From: Ferrimicrobium sp.
GTDB taxonomy: Bacteria > Actinomycetota > Acidimicrobiia > Acidimicrobiales > Acidimicrobiaceae
Direction: 5' to 3'
DNA length: 38,146 nt
Assembly (NCBI GenBank): GCA_027365375.1
Contig: DAHXNM010000007.1
Location: 1-38,146 of the forward strand
Both the position numbers and the translations under genes were made by a program. Each line of letters opens with the position of its first letter. Position 1 is the first letter of the stretch. Positions 19,239 through 28,622 of this stretch are shown here, piece by piece. The notes under the pieces are model-generated. The model was not told where the DNA came from and made no database searches. It saw only the letters and a list, made by a program, of their open reading frames with translations.

Positions 19239-20309
19239 ATGATGAAACGTCCTCGCTTGTACCGTACTTTGCAGATCGCCTTGGCACTTACTGGAGCGGC
19301 TGGTGTACTCGCTGCCTGCGGATCCAGTTCCGCCTCATCGTCGAAAACTAGCTCTTCCAAGACGCCTGTTGTGCCACTGGTGGTCTATGGTGCTGAGGGC
19401 TATGCCCCGGCCGTTGCCAAGGGGTTTCAACAGGCTACCGGGATCCCGACAGAGATGGTGAACCACTCAACAGGAACTCTCCTGGCCAAGATCTCAGCAG
19501 AGGCTGAAAACCCGCAGTGGGGCGTGTTGTGGACCGACGGTTCGGACGCTTATGCCGCCCTGGATCAGCAACACTATCTTCTGCGAGGCTTCGAGCCTAC
19601 CACTGGGACGCTGACTTCACTGGGCAAGTCTTTGGTCCCTGCCGACCAGAGTTACATCCCTACCGGGATAACCACTGCAGCCGCCTTTGTCTATAACTCG
19701 AAGGTTGTAAAGAGCCCTCCTGCCTCTTGGAGCAGCTTGCTGACTCCTCAGTGGAAGGGTGCGATCGGAATGAACAATCCAGCTATATCTGGTCCTACCT
19801 ATACGGCGGTCGCTTCGATCATGAGTCAACAGGGTGGTGTTGCCAAGGGTGAGGCTTACTTCAAGAAGCTGGCTGCAAATGGGCTCCATGTCTATGCGAC
19901 CAACAAAGTGACATTGAACGCTCTTCTGACCGGCGCGATCAAGGTGGCGATGGTACAGAACTCAGCCGGGATCGGATTCGCGATGACGTCGCCAAATCTC
20001 AAGGTTGCCTATCCTAATAAGTCTGCCATCCTCCCTGGGGTTCTTGGAATCGATGGCAAGGCGTCGAAGACCGAGATCGCCGAGGCGAAGAGGTTCGCTG
20101 ATTTTGTCTACAGCGCTAAAGGCCAAGCATTGATGCTCAGCGGTGACCCACACGGTGATTCGCTCTTCTATCCAATCGTTAAAGGCACCAAGGCTCATTC
20201 AGAGGTCCCCAATCTCAAAGCCATTCCGACTGATTACCCGAATCCAATTGTGTGGGGCTCTCGTGAGGCCAGTATCAATGCTTGGTTTACCAGCAATATC
20301 GTTCAGTAG
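19239..20309 (+). CDS. ABC transporter substrate-binding lipoprotein (Fe3+/thiamine/phosphonate-type cluster)
   Basis: Lipobox LAAC, Ser-rich linker, FVYNS, W..LL.PQWKGAIGMNNPAISGPTY and A.RFADFVYS.KGQ. Confidence 0.88.
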   Translation: MMKRPRLYRTLQIALALTGAAGVLAACGSSSASSSKTSSSKTPVVPLVVYGAEGYAPAVAKGFQQATGIPTEMVNHSTGTLLAKISAEAENPQWGVLWTDGSDAYAALDQQHYLLRGFEPTTGTLTSLGKSLVPADQSYIPTGITTAAAFVYNSKVVKSPPASWSSLLTPQWKGAIGMNNPAISGPTYTAVASIMSQQGGVAKGEAYFKKLAANGLHVYATNKVTLNALLTGAIKVAMVQNSAGIGFAMTSPNLKVAYPNKSAILPGVLGIDGKASKTEIAEAKRFADFVYSAKGQALMLSGDPHGDSLFYPIVKGTKAHSEVPNLKAIPTDYPNPIVWGSREASINAWFTSNIVQ

Positions 20310-20313
20310 GTAG

Positions 20314-22098
20314 TTGGCTGTGGTAGCGCTTGCAGAGCGACCGATCGAAAGTAAGCCACAGGAGCGCTCAGGTTCGGTGCTCACGCGCTGGTTGGGTCGG
20401 CTCGCCGAGTTCTTAGGCTGGCCGATCTTCTGGGTCGTCCTAGTTGTCGTCCTGCTCGTGCCGACGGCGTGCTTCTTGATCCTGGCGATCTCCCCTCGTC
20501 TTTTTGATCAGGGGAGTGCCTGGTTTACGATCTCCGCTTTTCGGCAGGCCCTCACCGGAGTCACCTTGCAGGGCATGGGTGACTCGTTGGTGGTCGGTGT
20601 TCTGGCGGCGTTCCTAGCGGTGACAGTGGCGATTGTGTTGGCCTGGTTGCTACAGCGAACCAACGTTGGAGGGCGCCGACTCTGGTCTATCTCGATCTGG
20701 ACGATCCTGTTGGTGCCGAGCTACATCATTGCGGTTGGCTGGCAGGTGATGCTAGGCCAGGGGGGCGTGTTGGGCTCGCTTGGGTTGTATAGCGCGAGTT
20801 ACTCGAAGATCTTCTTCGGTCCAGTTGGCTATACCATGATCCTGGCAATCAAAGGTATACCGTTTGCATACTTTGCAGTCGCTGGATCGATTTCGGCACT
20901 TGGATCGAGTTTTGAGGATGCCGCTCGGGTGCACGGTGGAGGAAGACTGAGCACCCTTCGAGTGGTGATCCCGATGGTTCTCCCGTCGATTCTTGCTGGT
21001 CTCATCGTCGTCTTTGCTGAGTCAATCGCTGATTTCGGTACTGCGGCAGTGATTGCACCTAATGCGCATTTTCCGATCGCTACCTACAACCTGTACGTAG
21101 CTCTGTCGTCTTACCCAGCGAACTTCGGGGTGGCGGCTGTGATCGGGTGCATGTTGGTGGCGGCGGTGGCGGTGGCACTGATGCTGCAGAAGCGGTTTTT
21201 GAAGAGCCGTTCATACGCCGTGCTTGGAGGAAGGATGCGGATGTCGAGTCGCGCTCGGCTCACGCGGCGCGGCCAAATCTTGGCAGTCGGCGTCTTGCTG
21301 GTCATCTTTTTCGTAGCGCTTGGGGTGCCGATTATCGGAGCACTAGTCTCCTCGATGCTTAAGCCGTTCACAACGTTATCGATTCACAACTTCACCTTGG
21401 CAGCCTACCGCGGACTCTTCGGCGTATCAGGGCTTGGTGGATCGATTAGCTTATCGTTTAAACTGGCTGTATTGAATGGTTTCTTGGCTCTGTTTCTTGG
21501 CGCGGTGATTGCACGTCGTCTGTCAAAGCGAGGCACGACCTTCATCGACAAACTACTCGATGTGACCGTACTTGCAGCGATAGCCCTGCCGGGGCTTGTG
21601 CTCGCAGCAGGATATATCTTCGCCTACAACCTACCGGTGCTCTCGAGCCTGGGTATAGATATCTATGGTACCTTGCTGGTGTTGATCATGGCGTATCTAG
21701 CCGGTGCGCTCCCGTCAACGACACGAGTGCTCGCTGGCCCGATGTCCCAAGTCAGGGGCTCTCTATTGGATGCAGGACGAGTTCATGGCTCGGGTCTCGC
21801 ACAGTCATGGTGGCGTTGTGCGGTGCCACTCCTCGGTCCTAGTCTGTTATGGGCGTGGTTGTTAACCTTTGCGGCTACCTTCCTCGAGTTGCCAGCCTCC
21901 GAGTTGCTGGCACCTCCAGGGACGCAGCCGGTTGCCGTCGCGATTATACAGGTACTCGGGAAGTCAAATATTTCACAGGGGACTGCCCTATCGATCGTTG
22001 CACTCTTGATCGATCTCGGCATGATCATCGTAATTTCGCTCCTGTTCCGTCTCCTTGCTCCCAAGGGTTGGAGACGGCTTGGGGCAAATGTACTGTAA
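20314..22098 (+). CDS. ABC permease, fused two-domain FbpB-type
   Basis: 594 aa with about 12 TMs and two EAA-like loops (FEDAARVHG, LLDAGRVHG). Confidence 0.9.
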   Translation: MAVVALAERPIESKPQERSGSVLTRWLGRLAEFLGWPIFWVVLVVVLLVPTACFLILAISPRLFDQGSAWFTISAFRQALTGVTLQGMGDSLVVGVLAAFLAVTVAIVLAWLLQRTNVGGRRLWSISIWTILLVPSYIIAVGWQVMLGQGGVLGSLGLYSASYSKIFFGPVGYTMILAIKGIPFAYFAVAGSISALGSSFEDAARVHGGGRLSTLRVVIPMVLPSILAGLIVVFAESIADFGTAAVIAPNAHFPIATYNLYVALSSYPANFGVAAVIGCMLVAAVAVALMLQKRFLKSRSYAVLGGRMRMSSRARLTRRGQILAVGVLLVIFFVALGVPIIGALVSSMLKPFTTLSIHNFTLAAYRGLFGVSGLGGSISLSFKLAVLNGFLALFLGAVIARRLSKRGTTFIDKLLDVTVLAAIALPGLVLAAGYIFAYNLPVLSSLGIDIYGTLLVLIMAYLAGALPSTTRVLAGPMSQVRGSLLDAGRVHGSGLAQSWWRCAVPLLGPSLLWAWLLTFAATFLELPASELLAPPGTQPVAVAIIQVLGKSNISQGTALSIVALLIDLGMIIVISLLFRLLAPKGWRRLGANVL

Positions 22099-22108
22099 GG
22101 AGTTTGGT

Positions 22109-23284
22109 ATGGGTCTAGCAGGAGCTTCAGCGCCGAGTCTAAGGATTGACGGAGTTTCAAAGCGCTACGTGTCGGACAAGCTCGCGCTTAATGAGGTTCG
22201 TTTTCAGGCGAGGTCAGGTGAGTTTGTTGTGTTGCTAGGGCCATCCGGCAGTGGCAAGTCAACGCTCATTCGCTTGATCGCTGGAATCGAGACGGTCGAT
22301 AGTGGTGAGATCGCCTTTGATGGTAGGACGGTAGCCCGTGCTGGAAAGCATCTGCCTCCGGAGGACCGTGATCTGGCCATGGTGTTTCAGGACTATGCCT
22401 TATGGCCGCATATGAAGGCCGTCGAGAACGTCGCGTTTGCTTTGCGGCGACTAAAGATGGGTGCCAGTGAGCGACGGCGAATGGCGTTGGAGATGCTCGA
22501 TCGCGTCGGCCTGGCCGCCAATGCGGAGCAATACCCCAACGATCTTTCCGGTGGTGAACAGCAGCGCGTGGCTCTTGCACGGGCATTGGTAGCAAAGCCC
22601 GGCCTACTGCTTTTTGACGAACCACTCTCGAACCTTGATGCAGACTTACGTGAACGATTGAGAGTTGAGATTGCGAGCTTGACCAGAGAGTGCGGCTCGA
22701 CGGCTGTCTATATCACCCACGATCAGTCGGAGGCGTTCGCGCTCGCCGACAAGATTGGCGTGCTCCATGCCGGCAGACTAGTCCAGTACTCCACACCCGA
22801 GGCGCTGTATACTGCCCCAGAGACTCCGTTTGTCGCTCGGTTCACCGGGCTGGCGGGTGAACTCCCGGGTTACATTGAGTCCTGGATCGGTGATGACGCC
22901 GTCGTAGTTCGAATCGGCGATACTAGGGTCACGGCGCATGCGGAGAGCTTGGATCGGAATCAGTCAAGTGGCAATGTGCATCTGCTGATCAGGACGGCCG
23001 CTGCTAGCGTAACACGAGTGACGGGTGATATGGACCGACGCGGGACCAACGAGCTAGATGGCACGGTGTGTGATGTAGCCTTTCGCGGGCGTGGATATGA
23101 CCACGTTGTAGAGGTCGCCAACGGACATCGGCTCGTTGGTGTCTTTGGGACGGAGCGCCTCGATCGTGGTGCGCAGGTTCGACTAGTTCTAGACCCCACC
23201 GGCTGTTTTGCCTTTGGCGACACGGACGCCGGCTTGACAACAGCTCCGGTGGTAGAAAACAAGTCGTTCGCGTCGCTCTCCTGA
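22109..23284 (+). CDS. ABC ATP-binding protein, FbpC/PotA-type
   Basis: GPSGSGKST, VFQDYALWPH, LSGGEQQRVALARAL, LLFDEP, ITHDQ and a C-terminal TOBE-like domain. AAGGAG SD before ATG 22109. Confidence 0.93.
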   Translation: MGLAGASAPSLRIDGVSKRYVSDKLALNEVRFQARSGEFVVLLGPSGSGKSTLIRLIAGIETVDSGEIAFDGRTVARAGKHLPPEDRDLAMVFQDYALWPHMKAVENVAFALRRLKMGASERRRMALEMLDRVGLAANAEQYPNDLSGGEQQRVALARALVAKPGLLLFDEPLSNLDADLRERLRVEIASLTRECGSTAVYITHDQSEAFALADKIGVLHAGRLVQYSTPEALYTAPETPFVARFTGLAGELPGYIESWIGDDAVVVRIGDTRVTAHAESLDRNQSSGNVHLLIRTAAASVTRVTGDMDRRGTNELDGTVCDVAFRGRGYDHVVEVANGHRLVGVFGTERLDRGAQVRLVLDPTGCFAFGDTDAGLTTAPVVENKSFASLS

Positions 23285-23429
23285 GCGTCTTGTTGGTGGG
23301 CATGCGTCCCTCCATCGTCAGCAACGTTCCTCTCGCCGTGTTGTGCATCTAACTCTACAGTGTGGCTGATAATAGATATGTATCTGATGTGGGGTGGTGA
23401 AAGCTGTGCATCCACTCAACCCCCGGCCC

Positions 23430-24065
23430 TTAATTGCCGTCTCGGCGATAGACCTCATCTGCGTAGTTCTCGAGCATTTTAGAGCATAACGCCAGTATGT
23501 CTATCGCAGATTGAGCACCATTGGCTGTGAGCAGATCTCGGGCGCGCACCTTGTCAAACCAGCGCTGTAGCTTGGCGAAATCCTCTTCATTCTCTTCTAG
23601 TTCAGCGAAGGTGTAGTGTTCTGAGCTCACCTCGTTTTCTAGCCCTGCAAGGAAATCCTGGCAGCGATCGACGATCTCCTCATACTCATCATTGCGAGCA
23701 GCGTTGAATTGACTTACCACTTGGGCACCTCCGGCGAGCGGATCACAACAAAATAGAACAGCTGTTCCGCCCATGTCTTCAATGATCTCTCGACGAAGAG
23801 CCCGAAGCGTTCGCTCAGCGGATGGATCGAAGGGAAAGAGCGCGGTTCCGTTTAGTAAATAGATCGCACCAAGGGATTTTAGCTTGCGCCACACCGTTGC
23901 TCTCAGCCGAGTAGGTTCATTTGGCACCCGGTAGGCGAGTACTAACCACTGCACCTCGGCATCTCCACCTTGAGTGCTAGTTTCATCGCTACACTTCGAT
24001 AAGAGTGTCTTCGTGGACTCTTCGTCGTCGGGCCCCGTGTTGTCATGAGGCGAATCTTTGGCCAT
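23430..24065 (-). CDS. ChrB N-terminal-domain-like protein (putative regulator)
   Basis: WLVLAYRVPNEPTRLRATVWRKLKSLGAIYL, FNAARNDEYEE and KLQRWFDKVRARD match the N-terminal region of ChrB proteins. The chromate-sensing C-terminal domain is not evident. Confidence 0.75.
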   Translation of the reverse strand: MAKDSPHDNTGPDDEESTKTLLSKCSDETSTQGGDAEVQWLVLAYRVPNEPTRLRATVWRKLKSLGAIYLLNGTALFPFDPSAERTLRALRREIIEDMGGTAVLFCCDPLAGGAQVVSQFNAARNDEYEEIVDRCQDFLAGLENEVSSEHYTFAELEENEEDFAKLQRWFDKVRARDLLTANGAQSAIDILALCSKMLENYADEVYRRDGN

Positions 24066-24146
24066 TGTCCCTACCTACTGTTTTATGCTCCATCGCACAC
24101 AGGTGCCATGTCTGTAGCTCTCTGCTTGTTCTCTCGTGTGAGACGA

Positions 24147-24389
24147 TTATTTCCGCTGATCTCGCTTGGATCGTGCGCTGGTTTTGTGCGTTGACCGACG
24201 GAGGGAGACACTGAGTGCTATAATCCATGCGATCGGCAACGCCCACCAACTTGCGGTGCCGCTGGAGTGAAGTATTGCCACCGCGACAAGTCCAAGCACG
24301 ACGCCGATTGCAAGCGTAATATCGTCGCCGACTATGAACTTCCAGAGAAAGCGTCCGAAGGCTTCGGTTTGGGTAAGAACCGTTCTCAC
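24147..24389 (-). CDS. Small two-TM membrane protein
   Basis: FGRFLWKFIVGDD followed by two hydrophobic helices. GTGA overlap with the upstream stop. Confidence 0.65.
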   Translation of the reverse strand: MRTVLTQTEAFGRFLWKFIVGDDITLAIGVVLGLVAVAILHSSGTASWWALPIAWIIALSVSLRRSTHKTSARSKRDQRK

Positions 24390-25156
24390 GCTGCCACCTC
24401 ACCAGTTGATGCGAGTCCCTGTCTGGAGGAGCGCAGAAAGGCGACTAGTGCGAATGTAACGAGCGCCGTCAAGGGGATAATGGCGAGAAGCGATGCATCT
24501 GAACCTGGCCAATGTGCACCAGCGCCCTCGGCCCCCCAGAAGGTTCCAAAACTCGTCAGAAGAATACCGACTGCGTACTTAATTGTGTTCTCTGGTACCC
24601 TGGAGAGCGGTCCTCGGACCTTCACCGCCACTAGGACTACTACTGCGATCGCGAGGGCTGCAGCAAGCGCTGCGACCGGAATATCGTGGGCATTTGCACC
24701 GAAGGTCACCACTATGAACGCGACCTCTAGTCCTTCTAGTAGCACTGACTTGAAGGCAAGGGTAAATCCATATGGATCACCACCAAGTCGCCCGGCTCCA
24801 ACCTCAGTTCCGGCGGCTTTCGCTGCAGCAACTTGTTTGAGATAGATGGCATCCTCATCGTGAAGGTCCTTAAAGCCGGAGGCGCGCAGGACTGCCTTTC
24901 GAACCCAACCGAGTCCAAAGACTAACAACAATGCACCCACAATAAGGCGGAGCGGACCCAGAGGGATCGAGGAAATCGCCGGACCCAAGGCCACGATGAT
25001 GACAGCGAGCACCCCGAGCGCCGTAGCCATGCCACGGAGTGGAGATTTCCACCCTCTCGTCACTCCAACCGCCACGACTACCGTCGTGGCCTCAACAGCC
25101 TCTACGGTGCAGGCCAAAAAGGCTGCAGCGAAGAGAAGCCATCCAGTCATAGACAT
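24386..25156 (-). CDS. COG4280-like membrane protein with two ExxE motifs (FTR1/LysE-superfamily-like cation transporter)
   Basis: About 7 TMs with internal duplication: VEAVEA and LLEGLEVAFIV; also VPENTIKYAVG and FGTFWGAEG. GGAGG SD. Confidence 0.78.
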   Translation of the reverse strand: MSMTGWLLFAAAFLACTVEAVEATTVVVAVGVTRGWKSPLRGMATALGVLAVIIVALGPAISSIPLGPLRLIVGALLLVFGLGWVRKAVLRASGFKDLHDEDAIYLKQVAAAKAAGTEVGAGRLGGDPYGFTLAFKSVLLEGLEVAFIVVTFGANAHDIPVAALAAALAIAVVVLVAVKVRGPLSRVPENTIKYAVGILLTSFGTFWGAEGAGAHWPGSDASLLAIIPLTALVTFALVAFLRSSRQGLASTGEVAA

Positions 25157-25249
25157 ACCTCCAGCTGTGTTAGTTATACGTCAAAGCAAAAACATCCACA
25201 GACGGTAGTGGATCCTTGCTCGAACCGGTACGCCAACGCGCCCTCCAAT

Positions 25250-25288
25250 AGCATAACAAGCGTTAGGGAGAAACCTAACGGCGGTTAG
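25250..25288 (-). promoter_or_regulatory. Extended -10 promoter overlapped by two TAAC-N4-GTTA palindromes
   Basis: Minus strand TG-T-TATGCT at 25250-25258. ATAAC-AAGC-GTTAG (25253-25266) and CTAAC-GGCG-GTTAG (25275-25288) are 22 bp apart. Confidence 0.55.
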
Positions 25289-25525
25289 ATAAAATGTGTT
25301 CAGCAGGGAGCATTCTACCTAGGGTGTTCGCTGTTCTTCCTCTGTGCATAAGGCTCGACAGCGTTCATCGGCCAGAGGTTACAGAGTGCGAGGAGCCCAC
25401 GCAATGACGATGACCGCGACAACCCTCCGCCCAGTCTTGGGTTTCGATCAACTCTGGTTATCTCGAGACACTCAAGCCCACGGGAGACGGTCTCCTGTAC
25501 GAGGATTCAGGTTACCGCAATACAC

Positions 25526-25582
25526 ATTCATCAAGTGTTCGGTTCGAATTTACCAGTTCATCCGCTAACTGTAAGTTAGCTG
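25526..25582 (+). promoter_or_regulatory. PHO-box-like 11-bp periodic repeats and a perfect 7-3-7 palindrome upstream of the Ugp-like ABC operon
   Basis: ATTCATC (25526), GTTCGGT (25537) and ATTTACC (25548) at 11-bp period. GCTAACT-GTA-AGTTAGC at 25564-25580. Confidence 0.45.
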
Positions 25583-25630
25583 ACATAGCTTGTTCTTCGT
25601 TGCTGAATGTTCGAGTGAGGTGAGGTTCTA

Positions 25631-26794
25631 GTGGCTGAGGTGAGGCTTGAAGGCGTGACCAAGATGTACGGAGAGCAGAAGGTTGTTAATGGCTTCGAGC
25701 TCTCGGTTGCAGAGGGTGAGTTCATCGTGCTACTCGGACCCTCGGGTTGTGGGAAGTCGACGACATTGCGGATGGTGGCCGGCCTCGAATCGGTGAGCTC
25801 CGGCAAAGTAGTCATCGGCGACACGGACGTGACGCAGACATCGCCCGCTACTCGAAACGTTGGCATGGTGTTCCAAAACTACGCTCTTTTCCCACACATG
25901 ACAGCCTTCGAGAATTTAGCATTTGGCCTTAGGGCAAGACGTCTGCCGAAGGCTCAAGTCAACGAGCGAGTTGCAGAGGTTGCGAGGATGCTCGAGCTAG
26001 AGAGTGTCCTACGAGTACGACCCAAAAACCTCTCTGGTGGCCAGCGCCAGCGCGTGGCATTAGGTAGGGCTCTGATCAGAAAGCCAGCAGTCTTCCTGAT
26101 GGATGAGCCATTGTCGAATCTTGATGCCAACTTACGGGACCGTGTCAGGATGGAGCTTGCCAGTCTTCATCGCCGACTCGCAATCACCACGCTATATGTG
26201 ACACATGACCAAGGCGAAGCGATGACTCTGGCTGACCGAGTGGTGGTGATGAACGCCGGTGCGATTCACCAGGTTGGTACCCCTGCTGAAATCTATGAAG
26301 AGCCAGCAGACACATTTGTCGCCCACTTTATCGGCTCGCCAGGGATGAATCTTTGGAAATTCGATATCAATGCAGGGGCTCGAGGAGTTGTTGATTCGCT
26401 GGATGTCATGGTTGACCCTGGGCTTTGGCCAGAATCCTCGCGCACGGGCACCGAGCGCGAGATCGTCGTTGGTGTGCGACCTGAGCATCTTGAGCTCGCT
26501 GAATTTGTAGAGGTGCCTGGGGTCCGTGCTGCGATGGAGGTTGAGTTGGTGGAACGTTTCGGCAGTCACCAGCTGGTACACGGGAAGCTCGTTGGAGTGG
26601 GTCACCCAATTATTGCTCGAATGCCAGCAGAGGTGGAAGTTGAGGTTGGCACCCTGCAGGTTGTGGCTGCCGATGTCAGGAGAGTCCATTTATTCTCGGG
26701 CAGTTCAGGGGAGAGGCTCGGCGGCAAGATAGCGATGGATGCGACCGAGAGCAAAATCTATGGGTCGGTCGATGAGCCTTGGGGCGGTCGATGA
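25631..26794 (+). CDS. CUT1 (UgpC/MalK-type) ABC ATP-binding protein
   Basis: GPSGCGKST, VFQNYALFPH, LSGGQRQRVALGRAL, FLMDEPLSNLD and FIGSPGMN. Confidence 0.93.
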   Translation: MAEVRLEGVTKMYGEQKVVNGFELSVAEGEFIVLLGPSGCGKSTTLRMVAGLESVSSGKVVIGDTDVTQTSPATRNVGMVFQNYALFPHMTAFENLAFGLRARRLPKAQVNERVAEVARMLELESVLRVRPKNLSGGQRQRVALGRALIRKPAVFLMDEPLSNLDANLRDRVRMELASLHRRLAITTLYVTHDQGEAMTLADRVVVMNAGAIHQVGTPAEIYEEPADTFVAHFIGSPGMNLWKFDINAGARGVVDSLDVMVDPGLWPESSRTGTEREIVVGVRPEHLELAEFVEVPGVRAAMEVELVERFGSHQLVHGKLVGVGHPIIARMPAEVEVEVGTLQVVAADVRRVHLFSGSSGERLGGKIAMDATESKIYGSVDEPWGGR

Positions 26795-27765
26795 GTCTGA
26801 GTTTGAGGTCTCGCGGGACCAATGTGGAGGATAAGGTTCAGCCGGTTCGACGTAGCTGGTGGAGGCCTAGTCAATTCTCGGAGGCTATCTCTGCGTATGC
26901 GCTGCTAAGCCCTGCACTTGTAGTCTTTTTCCTGTTCTTTTTCGTGCCCACTGGGTTTCTCATCTATATTTCGTTCTTTCACTGGGGCATATTGAGCAGT
27001 GCCACCCAGTTTGTCGGCTTGAAGAATTTTCGCACACTATTTTCGCAGCCCTTGTTCCTGCGGTCGATAGAGACTAGTGCTTACTATACGATCGTGATGA
27101 TTCCAGCGACCGTGATGCTCGCGCTCGCGGTCGCTATGCTACTGAGGGAGGTGGTGACCGCCCGCAGGGGAGGGGTGTGGCGTGCCGCTGTGTTCTTGCC
27201 GCATGTCACTCCGGTAGTCGCTACGTCGATTATTTGGGTCTGGATCTTTAACCCTCAATTTGGGCTGGCGAATGCAGTGCTTACCTTTCTTCACCTTCCT
27301 GCTCTCAATTGGTTAGAGAGCGTTCATTGGGCACTGCCCGCTGTTATGATCGATACGCTCTGGCATTCATTGGGGCTGTATGTCATCGTGTTTCTCGCAG
27401 GACTTGCAAATATTCCTCGTGAACTTCTTGAGGTAGCTAGTCTCGAAGGTGCTAGTCGAAGGCATGTGTTCCGGCGCATTATACTCCCTCTACTCTCTCC
27501 AACTACCTTCTTCGTCGTGATCTTAGCTACCGTCAACAGCTGGCAGGCGTTCTCACAGATTTATACCATGACTGGGGGTCCCCACGGTGGAGCAGGGGGC
27601 CCTGCTTTCTCGACCACAACTGACTCGCTTCTCACCTATCAAACGGCTTTTATTTATGATCACTTTTCTCTTGCTGCAGCCATGGCTCTAATTCTTTTCC
27701 TGATTATCCTCGCTTTGACATTGATCCAAAAATGGGTCTCGAATAGACTGGTATTTTACCGATGA
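26791..27765 (+). CDS. CUT1 ABC permease (UgpA/MalF-type)
   Basis: FVGLKNF, FLAGLANIPRELLEVASLEGA and 6 TMs. ATGA overlap. Confidence 0.9.
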   Translation: MSLSLRSRGTNVEDKVQPVRRSWWRPSQFSEAISAYALLSPALVVFFLFFFVPTGFLIYISFFHWGILSSATQFVGLKNFRTLFSQPLFLRSIETSAYYTIVMIPATVMLALAVAMLLREVVTARRGGVWRAAVFLPHVTPVVATSIIWVWIFNPQFGLANAVLTFLHLPALNWLESVHWALPAVMIDTLWHSLGLYVIVFLAGLANIPRELLEVASLEGASRRHVFRRIILPLLSPTTFFVVILATVNSWQAFSQIYTMTGGPHGGAGGPAFSTTTDSLLTYQTAFIYDHFSLAAAMALILFLIILALTLIQKWVSNRLVFYR

Positions 27766-28622
27766 AAACAGTGGTTAATGATAAGTCCACGAGTCAAGTG
27801 TTCCAATTCTTGACAAAAACAATCAAGTGGGTTGCCGTGACGGTGGTAGCGGTACTGTTTGCCTTTCCACTCTACTGGGTAGTGGTTACGGCGTTCAACA
27901 CCAAGAAAGGCGTCTTTTCGATTCCACCGAAGTTTACGCCTGCTTTTCACACCTCGGCCTTCCTTTACGTGCTTACCCACAGCAGTTGGCTAGGGTACAT
28001 GCTCAATACAGTCTTCATCTCTGGATCCACGGTAATATTGGTAATTATTACCTCCGCGATGGCAGGTTATGCACTTTCTGACCTTAAATTCCGTGGAGCT
28101 GGGGTTGTGTTTGCGGCGGTGCTGGCCGTAATACTTCTTCCCGCACAGGCCTTACTGATCCCTCAGTACGCTGTGGCGCTTCACCTCCACATGCTAAACA
28201 CTTATTGGATTCAAATAATCCCATTCGCGGCAAGCACATTTGGTGTGTTGCTATTTCGGCAATTCTTCAAGACGCTACCTAGGAGTTACTGGGAAGCGGC
28301 ACGATTAGAGGGGGTTGGTCACCTTCGTTATGTCTTTCGCATCGCGCTGCCGTTGGCTCGCCCAGCTGTGGTAACGGTGGCATTGCTGACCTTTATCAGC
28401 TCGTGGAATCAGTTCCAATGGCCTCTCATTATGACGACCTCCCATAGCGTACAACCAATCGAGATTGCGCTCTCTCACTATATGCAGACTTATGAGGCGA
28501 ATTGGCGAAAGTTAACGTCTGCGGTCTTGCTAGCTCTTGCCCCTATTGTTGTGGTGTTCATCGCCCTACAACGTTATATCGTCGATGGTGTTGCTGGTCG
28601 GGATTCAGGCGTGAATGCTTGA
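27762..28622 (+). CDS. CUT1 ABC permease (UgpE/MalG-type)
   Basis: LFRQFFKTLP...EAARLEG and WNQFQWPLIMT. ATGA overlap. Confidence 0.9.
   Translation: MKTVVNDKSTSQVFQFLTKTIKWVAVTVVAVLFAFPLYWVVVTAFNTKKGVFSIPPKFTPAFHTSAFLYVLTHSSWLGYMLNTVFISGSTVILVIITSAMAGYALSDLKFRGAGVVFAAVLAVILLPAQALLIPQYAVALHLHMLNTYWIQIIPFAASTFGVLLFRQFFKTLPRSYWEAARLEGVGHLRYVFRIALPLARPAVVTVALLTFISSWNQFQWPLIMTTSHSVQPIEIALSHYMQTYEANWRKLTSAVLLALAPIVVVFIALQRYIVDGVAGRDSGVNA

Noticed and set aside
23430-24065. Chromate resistance locus
   Set aside because: There is no chrA transporter, and the protein seems to lack the ChrB C-terminal sensing domain.
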